The notes under the pieces are model-generated. The model had not been told where the DNA came from, made no database searches, and was given only the letters and a program-made list of their open reading frames with translations. A stretch of DNA of 64,000 bases. Source: Glaucostegus cemiculus. Its lineage: Eukaryota. Position 1 is the first letter of the stretch. Each line of letters opens with the position of its first letter. The stretch is taken from contig CDPCPM010000106.1 in NCBI GenBank assembly GCA_976551045.1, forward strand, positions 24,490,001 through 24,554,000, written 5' to 3'. Below, in pieces: positions 1-12,906 of this stretch. The position numbers and the translations under genes were made by a program.

Positions 1-1829
1 ATGTACTCTTTCCCACATTAGGGGTTGAAGTTCACATTCTTTTAAGATTGAAACTGATTTTTTTTAATGAAGCTAGTCATTAAATTAATTAAAATTTGCT
101 TAAATATATGTGAAGCTAGGAACTGGTCCATTAATTTCCTACCTTTTGTCCTAATATTGTGAGTGTTCTGGTTAGTTAATCTATAGAAATTATATTCTAT
201 AGGTTAAGTATATGATGCATACTTCCAGCAAAAGAAATATAATCTAATGTTCAATAATGGTAAATTGCCTCAAGTTATGTATTTTTTATTGCAAAGTTTT
301 AGTATTTGGGGAGAACATGAGAATCCTTCCCTTTTTTGAAACCCCTATTGATGCCATAGATAAAGCTTTTTCATTGCTGAAAAGAAGCACCAATGATAAG
401 TGCAAACAATTTGCCTGGAATGAAAACAGTCTCAGTGATAGAAATAAGTGTTGCACAATTAAAATACCAAAACTTCCAAAATTGTTTGCAAAAAGCAGCT
501 TGGATGAGTGCAGTTGTGGAATGTTCCCTGACTTGTGCATTTACTGTTGAGTTGGGTTATGTCAATTTTCTTAGACTTATTAGTGCATCAAAACTGATAA
601 AATATTAAGGAGAAAATGGTGGAATAGACACGTGGGTTTCTCTTCCCTTTTTTTTGAGTTACCTGTGTGCAAGTCCCAAGTGATAGCATGAAATTCTATT
701 TGGTATTCAAAGTACTTTTCCAGTTGTGCTTTACAGATCATGTGAAGAAGATAAATTCTGCAGACAATTTATAAATGTGAATATTTGATTTATAATAGCT
801 TGAGATATCCACTTTCCCAATGAGTATTAATTATACCTATTTCTTTTTGCATACATAGATGTACAAGGGTAGAAATTCAGCTGTGAATGCCAGATGTATT
901 CTAATCTTCACAGTTGGCTTCAATGAAGCAGATAGAAATGAATATTGGGATTGGACTTTCTTGTACCCGATTAGAGCTAATGACCAAAGAAAAGCATCTA
1001 GCCTTCTGTGTGTTGTGAATGCATTACTAATGGAAAATATCCCAACATTATCTATAAGTCTGCAGCTATTGACAGCACCTGCATTTTGTTTTGTTCCAAG
1101 GATGAAACAGAAAAATCTCTGATTAGGGTAATGTGCAGATAGTTTGCCTGACTTGAGCATTGGTAGGTGTTCGACGAGGGTATTATGCTGACTCGATTAC
1201 AAGTGAATGCAAAATAAAAGCTTGTAGTATTTTACAATCTTGGTAGGGAAATGCCAGCTGTGGACTACATTGACTGTAGAAAATTTCCACTGTCTGAGTA
1301 ATTACTGTAAGAAAAACCTCAAGTGTTTATTAGGGTCTCTGGTGTGAGCTGACTTTTGTTTTCCATTATGAATAATGTTAGGAAAGAAAAAGAGATAGGA
1401 TCACTTTTAAAAACTGAGCTGGGATTAATGAAAGATATGTAATAAACACCTGAGAGTTCAACCAACACAAAATAACTGATGAAGCTGAAATGGAATGTGG
1501 CAATGAAAGAGAGTATGGGTGAGAAAGAATTCATTGCAGTTTAAGTAATACCTAAATACAGCAACACGAAGTTTTGTTTATGTTGTGATATGATATGTGA
1601 TCCTATTCCCCACCCTCATATTTTTATAAGCTATGAAAATGCATGGTTTGGTATCTAACAATGATGTGATGGTTTGTTTCCCAACCAAACATCCTGCATA
1701 GATACTGGAGGGAGATGCAACTAGATTAAACAGTTTGTAGCACCACTTTACTATTTAATCAGATTTAAGTGGTAGATTAGCAATAGTCTGAATTAAAGCA
1801 TGTAGAGCGATCAACTGGGCTGTTACAAA

Positions 1830-2770
1830 ATATTTGCATACTAGCATTCCCAGGGGCTAGTATTGGGTTCACTGCTCTTTTTGAAATGTATTAATGGGTA
1901 TCCCTGACTTAATTTCAATGTTTGCAGATGATAAAAACCTCAATTGTTATAAATAATGAAGCACATTATAACACATTTAGACTGGTGAAATAATCAAGAA
2001 GCTATCACATAGAATTGTGACGTTACACCATTCAGTAGGAAGAACTCGGAGTAGCAACGTGAACTAAAGGATACAATTTTAAAGGAAATGAAGGAACAGT
2101 GAAAGCTGGGGATGCATGGATTCTTTGAAGGTGGAAGTAAAGTTGAGACTGTTGATGTAAAAGTGTATGGGATTTATAACTCTGCTGATAGTGGAATTGA
2201 GCATGAAAGTAAAGAATTTATTTTATTTCTAAAACATGAGTTGATCTAGAATAAAGTACTGTGTTCAGTTTTGGGCCCCTCGCTTGATGCATGATGGCAA
2301 GACATTGGAAGAAATGCACAATGGATTTATTAGAATCTAACTAGGCTTGAGGGTCTACAGGGTTCTGAAATGAATTGAGAACCTAAGGTTGTTCTCCTCA
2401 GAGCAGAAAAGATCAATAGGAGATCTGATAGAACTGATCAAAATTATGAAGGGTTTCAATAAAACGGATACAAAGAAAGTATTTCCAGTGGCAACAAGAC
2501 TGATAATCACAAAGTTAGATCATCAGCAAAAGAACGAAAGACAACAATTAGGTTTTTGTTTCACATAAGGCATTATTGTGATCTGGATTACTCTACCTAA
2601 GCAGTACAGGAAGCGAGTATATCGTTAATGTTCAAAAGAGAACTGAACAAATACATGAAGGAAAAAAATAACAAATCAGTGTTATGGAGAAAGAGCAAGA
2701 GAGTGAGGTGAATTAGTTAGCTTGACCAAAGAGCTGCCAAGAGGACAGTGAACTCCTGTGATATATCAAT
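1830..2770 (+). mobile_element. Old CR1-type LINE 3' fragment
   Basis: Degenerate PQG.VLG and FADD coding remnants followed by a typical CR1 C-terminus; boundaries approximate. Confidence 0.7.
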
Positions 2771-2994
2771 GTATGATGTATGATCAGGATTGGGATGATT
2801 GATGGTTAATATCCTGCACCCTTGGAGAATAATGAAGTCAGAACTAGTGTATAGTAAATATTTTAGAGTTTTGTTAAAATTAATAGTTAGATGCATTTTC
2901 AACAAGGAAAGGGTATGTCATTTTGTTTACTCATTCACCTGCAATTCTCATTATGGATAGTCATTCTATTCTCTTTTGATATCCTTTGGGACAG

Positions 2995-3073
2995 GGTGCT
3001 GAGAGAAAAATGAGAGATGAAGAACGTAAACAATCTAGAAGAAAAAGCAAGTACCCAGATTCCACCACAGATG
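2995..3073 (+). CDS. GRHL3: Grainyhead-like 3, internal coding exon (GAERKMRDEERKQSRRKSKYPDSTTD-)
   Basis: cag|GGT acceptor, G|gtgag donor; 79 nt, phase 0 to 1; GAERKMRD.ERKQ is the end of the Grainyhead DNA-binding domain. Confidence 0.93.
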
Positions 3074-3356
3074 GTGAGCAAGACAATGATTGAGATTTAT
3101 AACTTTTGCATTTAGCTGTCTCTGAGATCCATCAGGCTGCAGGGTCTGGCTTAGCAGATGTCCGGCTATAATACTGGGTTAATCATGCAGCTCTGGAATG
3201 GGAAGGGGAGATGAACTTCCGAAGTACAATCCTAATCAGAAGGATAGATCTTTTGACTTAGTGTGTTTATCCTCTACAGCCATGAATGGACATCCAATAC
3301 TGCAGGTGATGAAACTTAAAACTGAGAGAAAGGAAACCATAACTCCCCCAACCCTC

Positions 3357-3410
3357 CCACAGGCCATACCTAACATCTGGACACCACAGGCCATACCTAA
3401 CATCTGGACA
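3357..3410. repeat. Perfect 27-bp tandem duplication
   Basis: (ccacaggccatacctaacatctggaca)x2. Confidence 0.95.
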
Positions 3411-5067
3411 GCAGACCTTTCATCAAACCACTGCATTGTCGTTTGGTGTCCACTAGTTCATTCTCTCTTATCATTTCAGATTAGCATTTACTTCCCTTCT
3501 TTTCTACAGTTTTAATTTCTGCTGCACCCAAATTTTTTACATTTTTCCTTCTTAATGTTTATTTATTTTGTAAATGTGTGTTTGCTCTGAGCCTCACCTT
3601 TGTCATTTCATCCCTTTCTTCACTATTTGCACATTCTTTTGCCCTTTATGTTTGTTTGCATTATCTCATTGATGACCTTTAATATCAATACTTTCTACTT
3701 AGCAATGTTCAGGTTACTTAATTCATTAACCAGCTTTCTGTGGTTGGGGTAACTTGCTCCCTTTTTTCTGCCAACACTTCTGTTTTTGGTTTCACCAACT
3801 AATTTAACTTTAACTTTCTGCCTAATAAAGACTGCACACCAAGAATATCTTTTCTCCATGAAATGTTAGCCGACCTGCTGCTACTTTCCAGTATCTTCTG
3901 TTTATGTTTGGATTTCCAGCTTCTGCAGAGCTCCCTTTTTATTTAGTGGTAGGTTTCTCACTCAGTGCAGCTGCCACAAGGACACTGCAATTTAAAATAA
4001 AATTCACAGGCTTGCACTGGGATACACTCCTCCGAGGTCGCATCATTTTGAAAGAATGACATTATAAACAGAATGAACAGAAAGAGCTAGAATGGAAAGA
4101 ACTTGACAGAAGGTGATGACAAATATTCAGAGAGTGTCCAGACTGCTGGGGGGAAGGCTGAAAGCAGTTGAAGAGCCAACAAGGCCCGAGACATGGTGCT
4201 TCTTAATCCAAGAATCTTAATATTATTTTCAGATGCATTTTCCACCCGCCAGTTGAGCAAATTAGTGACCTGGCTGGAGTGGAGAGAGCCAGTGATGGAG
4301 CAATGCAAGGCAGGGAATACTTGGGAATAGTCAACAGCAGTCTAGGGTGGGAGATGTGGGGAGATTGCTCAGCAATTGTGCCTTGGAAGGAAAAAGAGGA
4401 TATGTCTTCTGGCACCGGGTCTAAACACTATTGGGGTAGAGGTATACAGGTGCCAAGAGAGTCTGCTGTTGCTAGAGAGGATGCCAAAGATCCCTTTTTA
4501 TGATCGAGAAGCACATCTACTTCTCTGGCCCACAGACAGTACTGGAAAAGGCAACTCAACCTTTGTTTCAATGTCTGTTTCCATCCCCTTAGAACTTTAC
4601 ACAATAGCTTCAAACTTTAAATCACAGGTAAAATATGTTAATAAAGTATCCAATCTCTCCATGAGATTTGGCTCAGGGAGTTGTCTTTCAGAAGGACATA
4701 AAACCCTCACCGTAAAAACTGAATCAGGTTTATATGAGGTGTTTTGAAGTTGCATGTCATGCATTTGATGGATTAACAACAAGCCCCTTCCCTCCTCCCA
4801 ACATACCTCAGCAAACCTTTTCAACCTGTTCTGGAGGAGTGCTAAATCAAGGGTAATGTGCTGTGGTGCTATGTTCATTCTGAATTCTTCACTTCTTTTG
4901 CACCTTTTAAGATAATGAAAAACTATTAACTGACCTTACCTCTGCTGGATGGGATTTGAGCCTAGACTATCAGAGACCTCAACTATTTCTCTTTGTGTAT
5001 GAACAGAATATATTCACAAAAGATAAACCATTATCTGACTTTATGCCCTGGCTCTTCCATTTAACAG

Positions 5068-5207
5068 TTGTGAGTAACAAGAGGATTCTACAGCCAGACC
5101 ACAAAGGAAATGATATCACATATTTTAAGCCCGTGACAGATGTAATTTCTCCTCCTGTTCTGTTCACCCCAGAAGCCCATTTCCTTTATTCACAGCGAAC
5201 TGGATTG
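5068..5207 (+). CDS. GRHL3: GRHL3 coding exon (VVSNKRILQPDHKGNDITYFKPVTDVISPPVLFTPEAHFLYSQRTGL)
   Basis: ttaacag| acceptor, |gtaagt donor; phase 1 to 0 fits the previous exon; GN..TY..P.TD...PPVLF.P..HF...QR.G motif of GRHL proteins. Confidence 0.92.
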
Positions 5208-5925
5208 GTAAGTACATAGTAATACTGCCTATTGTTCACTTATGTTTATGTTTTCATGGTACCGATTGTAGTTTTCCTTGCTTACCATTTTTCCCATCTT
5301 TTGCTCTTGCTTGTGTAACATCCCGCGGCCTCCTGAAGCAGCTGTTCCTCATGTGTAGAATGAAATAGTGAGGGCCAAGTGAGCTATTTTAGAATGGAAG
5401 GCTCACAGTCGGCCTCATTCTGCTCTTGCTGAGGGGTTCACGTCAATACTTCCTAGCCTGATGATCTACAGGCCAACTTTCATACCATTTTTGCTGTCTC
5501 AATGGAGATTGACCAATGCAACACAGACTAGAAATCCAGTTTACTTTCTTACTCTATATGGCTTGGTTCTACCCACCTGGTGTATTTTGTCACTCAGTCT
5601 TCAAGTCATTCATGAATTTTATTTTGAAGACTATTTTGGAACAGACTTTAGCCTATAATCCTTTTACACATGTTAAAGAGAAAACAAAAGGCATTCCCTC
5701 CCTCCAGGCTATTTACAGTCAAAGATTTGGAAAAGATTTATAAAAAGGTTAAAAGTGTAGCTATACGCCAGAGTGTCAGGATACACTTTTATGAGGAGAA
5801 GGCAGGAGAATGGGGTTGAGAGGGAAAAATTAATCAGCCATGATTGAATGGTGGAGCAGACTCAATGGGCTGAATGGCCTAATTCCACTACTATGACTTA
5901 TGGTCTCACACAGCATTGCTCCTAG

Positions 5926-6135
5926 AAACTGCAGACACTGCAATCTAAAGCAAAAAATAAACTTCAGGAGCAACTCAGCGGGTCAGGCAGCATCTGTGGA
6001 GGCAGAGGGAAGATCGACTTTTCGGGTTGAGACCCTGTAGATTGGATGTAGGGTCTTGCCCCAAAATGTTAACTATCCATCTGCCTCCACGGATGCTGCC
6101 TGACCCACTGAGTTTCTCTAGCAGTTTGTTTTCTT
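5926..6135. repeat. Palindromic dispersed repeat (Penelope-related or MITE-like)
   Basis: Inverted arms actcagcgggtcaggcagcatctgtggaggcaga / tctgcctccacggatgctgcctgacccactgagt. Confidence 0.8.
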
Positions 6136-8131
6136 CACTCCTAGTGAGCTCCATCCTCAAGCCCAGTTGTAAAACTGCAGCACCTCAATACAGTTGCTTC
6201 TTCAAAGTACAATCCTAGGTTGCCACAGAAACATATTGTACAAGAATATTAGCATTAATATTAGCAGATTTCTGTAGTTACAATTCAAGTGACCTAAACC
6301 AAGCCTGGACATGTAACATGGCCACATTCAGTATTCCCAATTTCAAACATGTCACTTTGATAGGTGACTTCCAAATTTTTCTTTCAATTTTAGCCACAAT
6401 TTCCATACTATTTTTAAATGCACCCTGGATATTGCTTGAAAATCATATTAAAACCTTGGGCTTGTTTGCTTTTAGGGGCACTCGATGGGTTGTGAGGTCA
6501 CACATCCTGAGAGGTAAGGAACATATTCTGTTTATTCTACAGCATTAATTATTCTATTGCGAGGTGGCTCGGGATACTTTCCTATGTTAACAGTGCGATG
6601 TATATATGTAAGCTGGTAGTCATCATAAGATCCTTCACATATAAGTTCTAGGAATTTAATCTTTTTCACTGCAGAGAACCCATAGGTGTGCCCCTGTACA
6701 GTAATTTGATAATCAGAAGAGATGAGAAGGAGATTACAGAAAATTCAAATGGCTTTGTGAACTGACAACACCTAAAGGGGATGTTGGAATGTAACATTTC
6801 AGCGCTCCTACCACAGTGACAGTACATCAAATGCATTTAATTGGCTGTAAAGCCTGTTGAAACATGCAGACATCACAAGACAATGATGTGCAAAACATAT
6901 TATCTGCTGATGTGTGAAGTTTAATCAGCAGTGCTTAATGGGACTTGCAGGCTCAACACCAACTTCATCATTTTCAGATTATAACCATTACCTAGTTCTT
7001 TAATTCAGGAGCTTTTGATACTGATTCTGGTGTGCAGTTATAGATCCAGCGTCCCACTACCACTCCTCCTGTCCTGCACCAACACCATTTAGCGATTCAA
7101 GCTCTGCTGCCATTCATACTATTTAAAAACTTCTCTTTGCCTTTACTTTCTTTCCCTCATTCCCTGCTTCTCTACTGGCTTAATATCATTCTTTTCAAAT
7201 TCTGATGGAAGGTTATCACTGTGAAATATTAGCTCTGTTTGTCTATCCACAAATATATATGATTCACAGAAAATTAATGCAGTATAAGATTGGAGCATCA
7301 TCTGACTGAGAACGTCATTTTATAAAGAACACATTTACACTGGTGGTTTGTTTCAGTATGTAGTAATTACACTCTACAAATCTATCAGTGTAAACTGGGA
7401 ATCAGGCAGGTCTGATACTAGAGCAGAGCAGAGTGGGAATGGAGGAGGAATCCTCTTATTGCCACAGTTCAATGGGGTCTGAAGTCAGTGCAGTGTCACA
7501 TCCATTATTTTGAATCATCTGAAAACGTGAGCCTAGACCAGCATTTACTGCCGTCCATTAATTGCTTTTTGAGAAGGCTATTTTCTTCTTGACTCTCTTC
7601 AGTTTGTGTAATGGAAGTACTCTACAGTTGATTCCTAAAGATTATAACCCAGCAACAATGGAAGAAATCTCCAAATAGTAATAGCATGTGACTTGTAGAT
7701 CTTTTTGGGGGTGGTGACATCTCAAGCAACCTCTTGCCCTTCTCTAGAGTGTCAGAGGTTGTGGTTTTGGAAGGTACTGTCGAAGAGGCCCAGATTGTCC
7801 AGAAGACGCTGCTTCCGTGTGAAGGGAGGGACTCTTGTAACTGGTTACAAGGTTCACAATTTAAATATTTTGGAGACCTGATATTCCCCTCCGGGCATTT
7901 CTGTTGAAACTGATGACAAAGGCTGAGCTACATGCCAACTTTGCCATTGAACAAAGGGATTCCAAAGATAACCTGGAATGGGACCATTTAAAAAAAATCT
8001 GGCTATTCTACCAAGAAATCTCAACTTACAATGCAGACATATTTATAATTTTAAGAAAGGTTCCAGTTGTTTGAATTTATGAATCTATTGTAAAGTGGTC
8101 TTGTTCATAATCATATGTTTTAAATGTGCAG

Positions 8132-8220
8132 GTTCCCTGTAAAAAGGGGAAACACGACACTGTACAAGGATGGTGAGGATCTACCAATCAAACATGCCAA
8201 GCTATGTGAACCAGAGAGAG
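8132..8220 (+). CDS. GRHL3: GRHL3 coding exon (-FPVKRGNTTLYKDGEDLPIKHAKLCEPER-)
   Basis: tgcag|G acceptor, G|gtacaa donor; 89 nt, phase 2 to 1, joins in frame to the VLLYVR exon; resembles human LPLKR...LPSKQAK. Confidence 0.8.
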
Positions 8221-9128
8221 GTACAACAAAAACAGACTTTAAAACCTCATTTTTAACTTGGAGTTTGTTTGTGATGGGTGGAGTATGGGATTGGGGGGGG
8301 GGGGGTGGGAGGTGGAATCCTTCTGTGGAGAGTTATACCTGGACCATTTTAACTCCTATGCCTCACTTGAACAGAGCAGCAGTCTCTCCTGCATGAGTCT
8401 GCAGCAAACTTAGTGCAAGAGATGAAGATGAGAGGGTGGGGTGAAGGTATGGGATTTAACTGGAAGTGGCATCACAGCAAGGCCAAGGATGGAGAGGACT
8501 TCTCGTGCCATCCTCCTTGTGGGCCTGAGGAGCATTCAAAATAGAAAAATTGACTTGGCCTTTTCCTGCCTCTTTACTGAGTTGGACAATGTTCATCCCC
8601 AGTTATCAGATCATATCTTGTGAATATAAAGTAGGATACTATCTGTCTGGGGCTAGGACCATGATGCACCTGTTTGTTTTAATATGAGTGGTAAGGAGCA
8701 GGAAGTCACAGTAAAAAACTTGCCTGTCATTTTACCAGCCCACCATGTGCTGGTTGTGCTGAAAAAAGAGGCTTAAGACTTTCTCCTTTATTCATAGTTG
8801 AGGCCACTGCATTGACGATCAATGATTTTTAAGCCTAGCAGCATGTTTGAAATCTTGAAAGGACAACAGCCCAAATGTCAGCAGGAATGAAGCAGAGTCA
8901 ACAGTAGGAGGCTGTAGCTTCTGAGATAAAGATATTAACATTGTAGCCTGGACCAATCCAAACAGCAATGTAATCAGAAACTGGGCCAGTTAACTCTATT
9001 CATCACCTTTCCAGCTGTTGGGTCTGACTCAGTGTTTTTGTGCTCACCCAGCTGTTCAGATCTTCCTCAGTCATCAGCGTAGATAATAAATTAATTACCA
9101 TGCCCTCCTCTAATAAGCAGCTATCAGG

Positions 9129-9195
9129 AAAAATGCAAGTTACTGATTAATGGAAAAGTGCAAGTTACTGATTAATAAAAAAGTGCGTGCTGATT
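9129..9195. repeat. 25-bp tandem repeat, about 2.5 copies
   Basis: tgcaagttactgattaat repeated. Confidence 0.85.
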
Positions 9196-10151
9196 GTATT
9201 TGAATTCAACCTTTTAATAACAAATGCAATAAAAATCAGAAGAGAGTTCTCTGATAACCATATAAAAAACCTAAGTCCTCATCAAAGCCTGTTATAAGAA
9301 CTGCATCTAATAGCGTGGATTTCATTGCTTCTGTTACTGCCAATTAATCATCATTAAAAGAAAAATCCATTCTTTTTCTAAATATTGGTCACATGAAAAC
9401 AAAATGTGGAATTAATAGATATCTAAGCAATCTAAAAATCATGAACTTTCTGTCCCAAATATTCACAATAAAGTTCTTGTAAATCCTCTCTCTAGATTAT
9501 TAACTATTGTATTAGACAATCGTTCCAAAATTGAAAATATAAGAAAATGTTTTCCAGCTTTTCAAGATTATAAGATAAAAAGATCAGTGATTTATTTTAG
9601 TTTTAAATAATAAATATTAGAGTTATTTACTCAGTATGATCCTGTTTATTGGTCAAAGGTCAGCACAAGGCTTCCTCATGGCACTACTAATTTAAAAGTA
9701 TATTTTATTGTTGTTAGAAGAATTGAATGGCTCCACTTTTGGATTTATTTTTGGAATGAAGCAAACATATTGCAGTAATAGTATTACAAGTTCTTTATTA
9801 AACATCTAGCATTAAAGTTAATAGCATAAGCCTATAAAGCATAAACATATTTCACTTCAGCATTTTGAAAATGTTCTTGTAAAGTGTAGAAAAGCTCCTT
9901 AAAATTTTATTGAGACATTGTTCAGTTTTGAAGGCTATTGACATAATTCAGATTGCAAACTCTTTTGATGTTTAAAATGTTGAACAACTCTATTGGAATG
10001 CCTAAAATTATGTGACTGACAATACAACATGTTCTGTCACTATTATATTAATATTGATACTTTACCTCACATGGCTTTCCCAGAAAGTTTAAGGAATATT
10101 GATCAAGCTTAAAATATAATGTAAATAAAAATCTCTCTATTCCTTTGCCAG

Positions 10152-10237
10152 TGCTGCTATATGTACGCAGGGAGTGTGAAGAGGTTTTTGATGCCTTGAT
10201 GTTAAAGACTCCTAATCTTAATGGATTAAAAAATGCT
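10152..10237 (+). CDS. GRHL3: GRHL3 coding exon ([29 protein letters not shown])
   Basis: ccag| acceptor, |gtaagt donor; start of the Grainyhead C-terminal dimerisation domain. Confidence 0.96.
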
Positions 10238-11398
10238 GTAAGTATTAGATTATGTTGTTCTCTTAAATGTAGATCCTGTATCTTATTGCATTTGGACAAA
10301 TTGGGGAAAAAATTCAGTGTGCAAGTTAGTACATCTTGTAGTATTAAACTGAGCATATTCATCAAAATGAGGAATTTCATGACTATCTCAATCTGGTATA
10401 GCAGAAGCTCGGTGGGGGAGCCTGTTTTGCATCTCTTCCACTGACATTCAAGGAAGTAAAAATCAAAGAAAGGTGTCAAGTGGGCTGCCAATTTGATATA
10501 ATTTGTTTACATCATTGCACAAAGTAGATAGTTTCAGCCGTTTGCATTTAACCTAGTCCTGTGAAGCTGAATGGCTCAAAAAGGGCTAATTGTTAACAAC
10601 GTTTATGAAGGAATGCTGCTAAACTGTCATATGATTTTAAACTTTTTTTGATGAACTTATATATGAGGTATTTTATTATTAAAATTCTGCCACCTTTGGA
10701 ACTGGGAAGTAACACTAAATCACTGAACAGTCATCCTGGGGAAAGAATTTGCTTCAAGTATATAGAAACCAACTGTTTGCAATGTCTATATAGATACAGA
10801 ATTCAACTAAATTAGTCATTTTCTAAATTCTGCTAACAATTTAGGAAGTTTTTTTAGTGAGTGAAAAAACCATGCCAACACGGAAATTTCTCCTAGTTTA
10901 GTAATCACAGCCTGCATAACTTTGTTAGTAGTACAACTGGTTTTAGTCTTCCTGACTTAGAGAGGAGTAAATTATCTAGAACTGCAGCTCCTGATAGATA
11001 TCAAGTGATCTACTGGATATGTATGAGAGCGGGTGCAGGTGAAGATAAGAACTTAGCTAATTTAGTGAAATATCAGAGGACTGGAACATGGTTACTGTAG
11101 TGGCTACATTACTGGAATGAGAGTTCAGAAAGATGGATTAATTACCTGAAGGCAAAAGCTCAAAATTGTGCATAGCAACTGAGCAATTTAAATGCAGTTA
11201 TTTAATGCAGTGAACATCCAAATAAACAACTTAACAGGGATAACTATAAAACCACCTCATGGTCATTAAGAGCCCATCTGATTCACTAACATCCTTTATG
11301 GAAATAAATTTGCATTCCTTACCTGTCTTGAGTATAGGCCTATTTGGATTCTATCCGAGGACTTTTTATTGTCTTGCAAAATAATATTACTGACTAGT

Positions 11399-11755
11399 CA
11401 CAAGATCACAAGATAATGGAGCAGAAGCAGGCCACTCGGCCCATCGAGTCTGCTCCAAAGGGAAGGGGGGTGGGGGAAAAAGAGGGAAAAAGAGGATGAT
11501 AAAGAATGAGAAAAAAAAACTATTCTAACTCCAAATTCCCGCCTTATCTCCATATCCCTTGATACCTTGACCAATTAGATATCTATCTATTTCCTTCTTG
11601 AATATCCCCAATGATCTGGCCTCCACTGCTTTCTGTGGTAAGGAGTTCCACAGGTTCACCACCCGCTGGCTAAAGAAATTCCTCCTTATCTCTGTTTTGA
11701 ACCTGCTTCCTCTAATTCTAAGGTTGTGCCCTCTAGTCCTGGACTCCCCCACCAA
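11399..11755 (-). mobile_element. Relatively intact CR1-type LINE 3' end
   Basis: SRTRGHNLRIRGSRFKTEIRRNFFSQRVVNLWNSLP; tandem tail (cacaagat)2. Confidence 0.9.
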
Positions 11756-12841
11756 GGACAGTTCAAAGGCAGTTAGAAATGGGCAAGAAATGCAGGTCTT
11801 CCCAATCATATTCATACCACTTGTGCCTGGCTGCTGTGAAGCTCTCCCAGGCAGGAACTTTATTGAAGGAGTGGTGGAAAGATGGATGAAAACTAACATT
11901 GAAAAATATGATGCTGTGTGTATATTCAGAAAGAGAAATCAGATTTATTATGCAGTAGAAATGCACTATGCAGTTGAACCATATGAATTTTTAGCATCTT
12001 ACTCTGACTGATATATTAATGAGGACATTAAGATTTCAAAAAAGTATTTTGCCATGTGCTTTACTCCAATTAGTCGATGACTTTCAGACTTCCTTGCAAT
12101 ATGTTAAGGCACAAACTGATACTCTGATAGTTCATACACCATATTTTATCCGTGGTGGTAATTTGCACTCCAGCAACAACTTTGTTACCATGTACTTTAT
12201 TTTTTAATACTGTGACAATAGTCCTTAAAACTGTCCTCTCTTTCTCTAGGTGAAGTAGATGCAGAGACTTTGAATATTTTTAACGCAAAGGTAGATAGAT
12301 ACTTGATAAGCAAGGGGGTGAAAGATTACTGCAATAGTTAGAAATTCAGGATTGAGGTTATAGTCAGATGAGCCATGATCTTATTAAAAGATGGAGCCAG
12401 CTTGAGGGATTGAGTGATCTGCTCCTGCTCCTGATATGTACCTTCATTCGTATAAAATTCACAGCAGAAAGAAAGCACAGAAAAGCGAGGGTAAGATCAC
12501 TGATCCTTAACTTCACAAATAAGCTGACTTTGAATAGTGTATAGGCCTGAGGTATGACCACTGGGGAGTCCCGAACTGATGAATATACTGTAATTTCATC
12601 ATTTGTTCATATTGAGGATGTTTTTGTCTTCTACAGTACTCTTTCATTTAGGGAAAAATGTTTTAAAAATCCACTAGGACCACAATTGTTAGTAAAAGCT
12701 TTCAGTAGATTGTATGTGGTCCCTCTTTCCCATTTTCAGCTCTCATTAAGACTTGCTAACATAAAGCCCTGAGAAGAGTTGACCTTTGAAGCAATTTTGT
12801 TTGACCCTTTTGACAATTGTATTTTGACATTCTCGACCTAG

Positions 12842-12906
12842 ATCTCAGAGAAGTATGGGCTGCTTGAGGAGAGAATTTACAAGGTTTACAAGAAATGTAT
12901 GAAAGG
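12842..12906 (+). CDS. GRHL3: GRHL3 coding exon (ISEKYGLLEERIYKVYKKCMKG)
   Basis: ctag|ATC acceptor, GG|gtgagt donor; matches the GRHL3 pattern ISEKYG..EE.IYKVYKKC.RG. Confidence 0.96.

Noticed and set aside
5342-5367. Alternative candidate for the missing GRHL3 small exon
   Set aside because: Splicing to 8132 would create a TAG stop at the junction.
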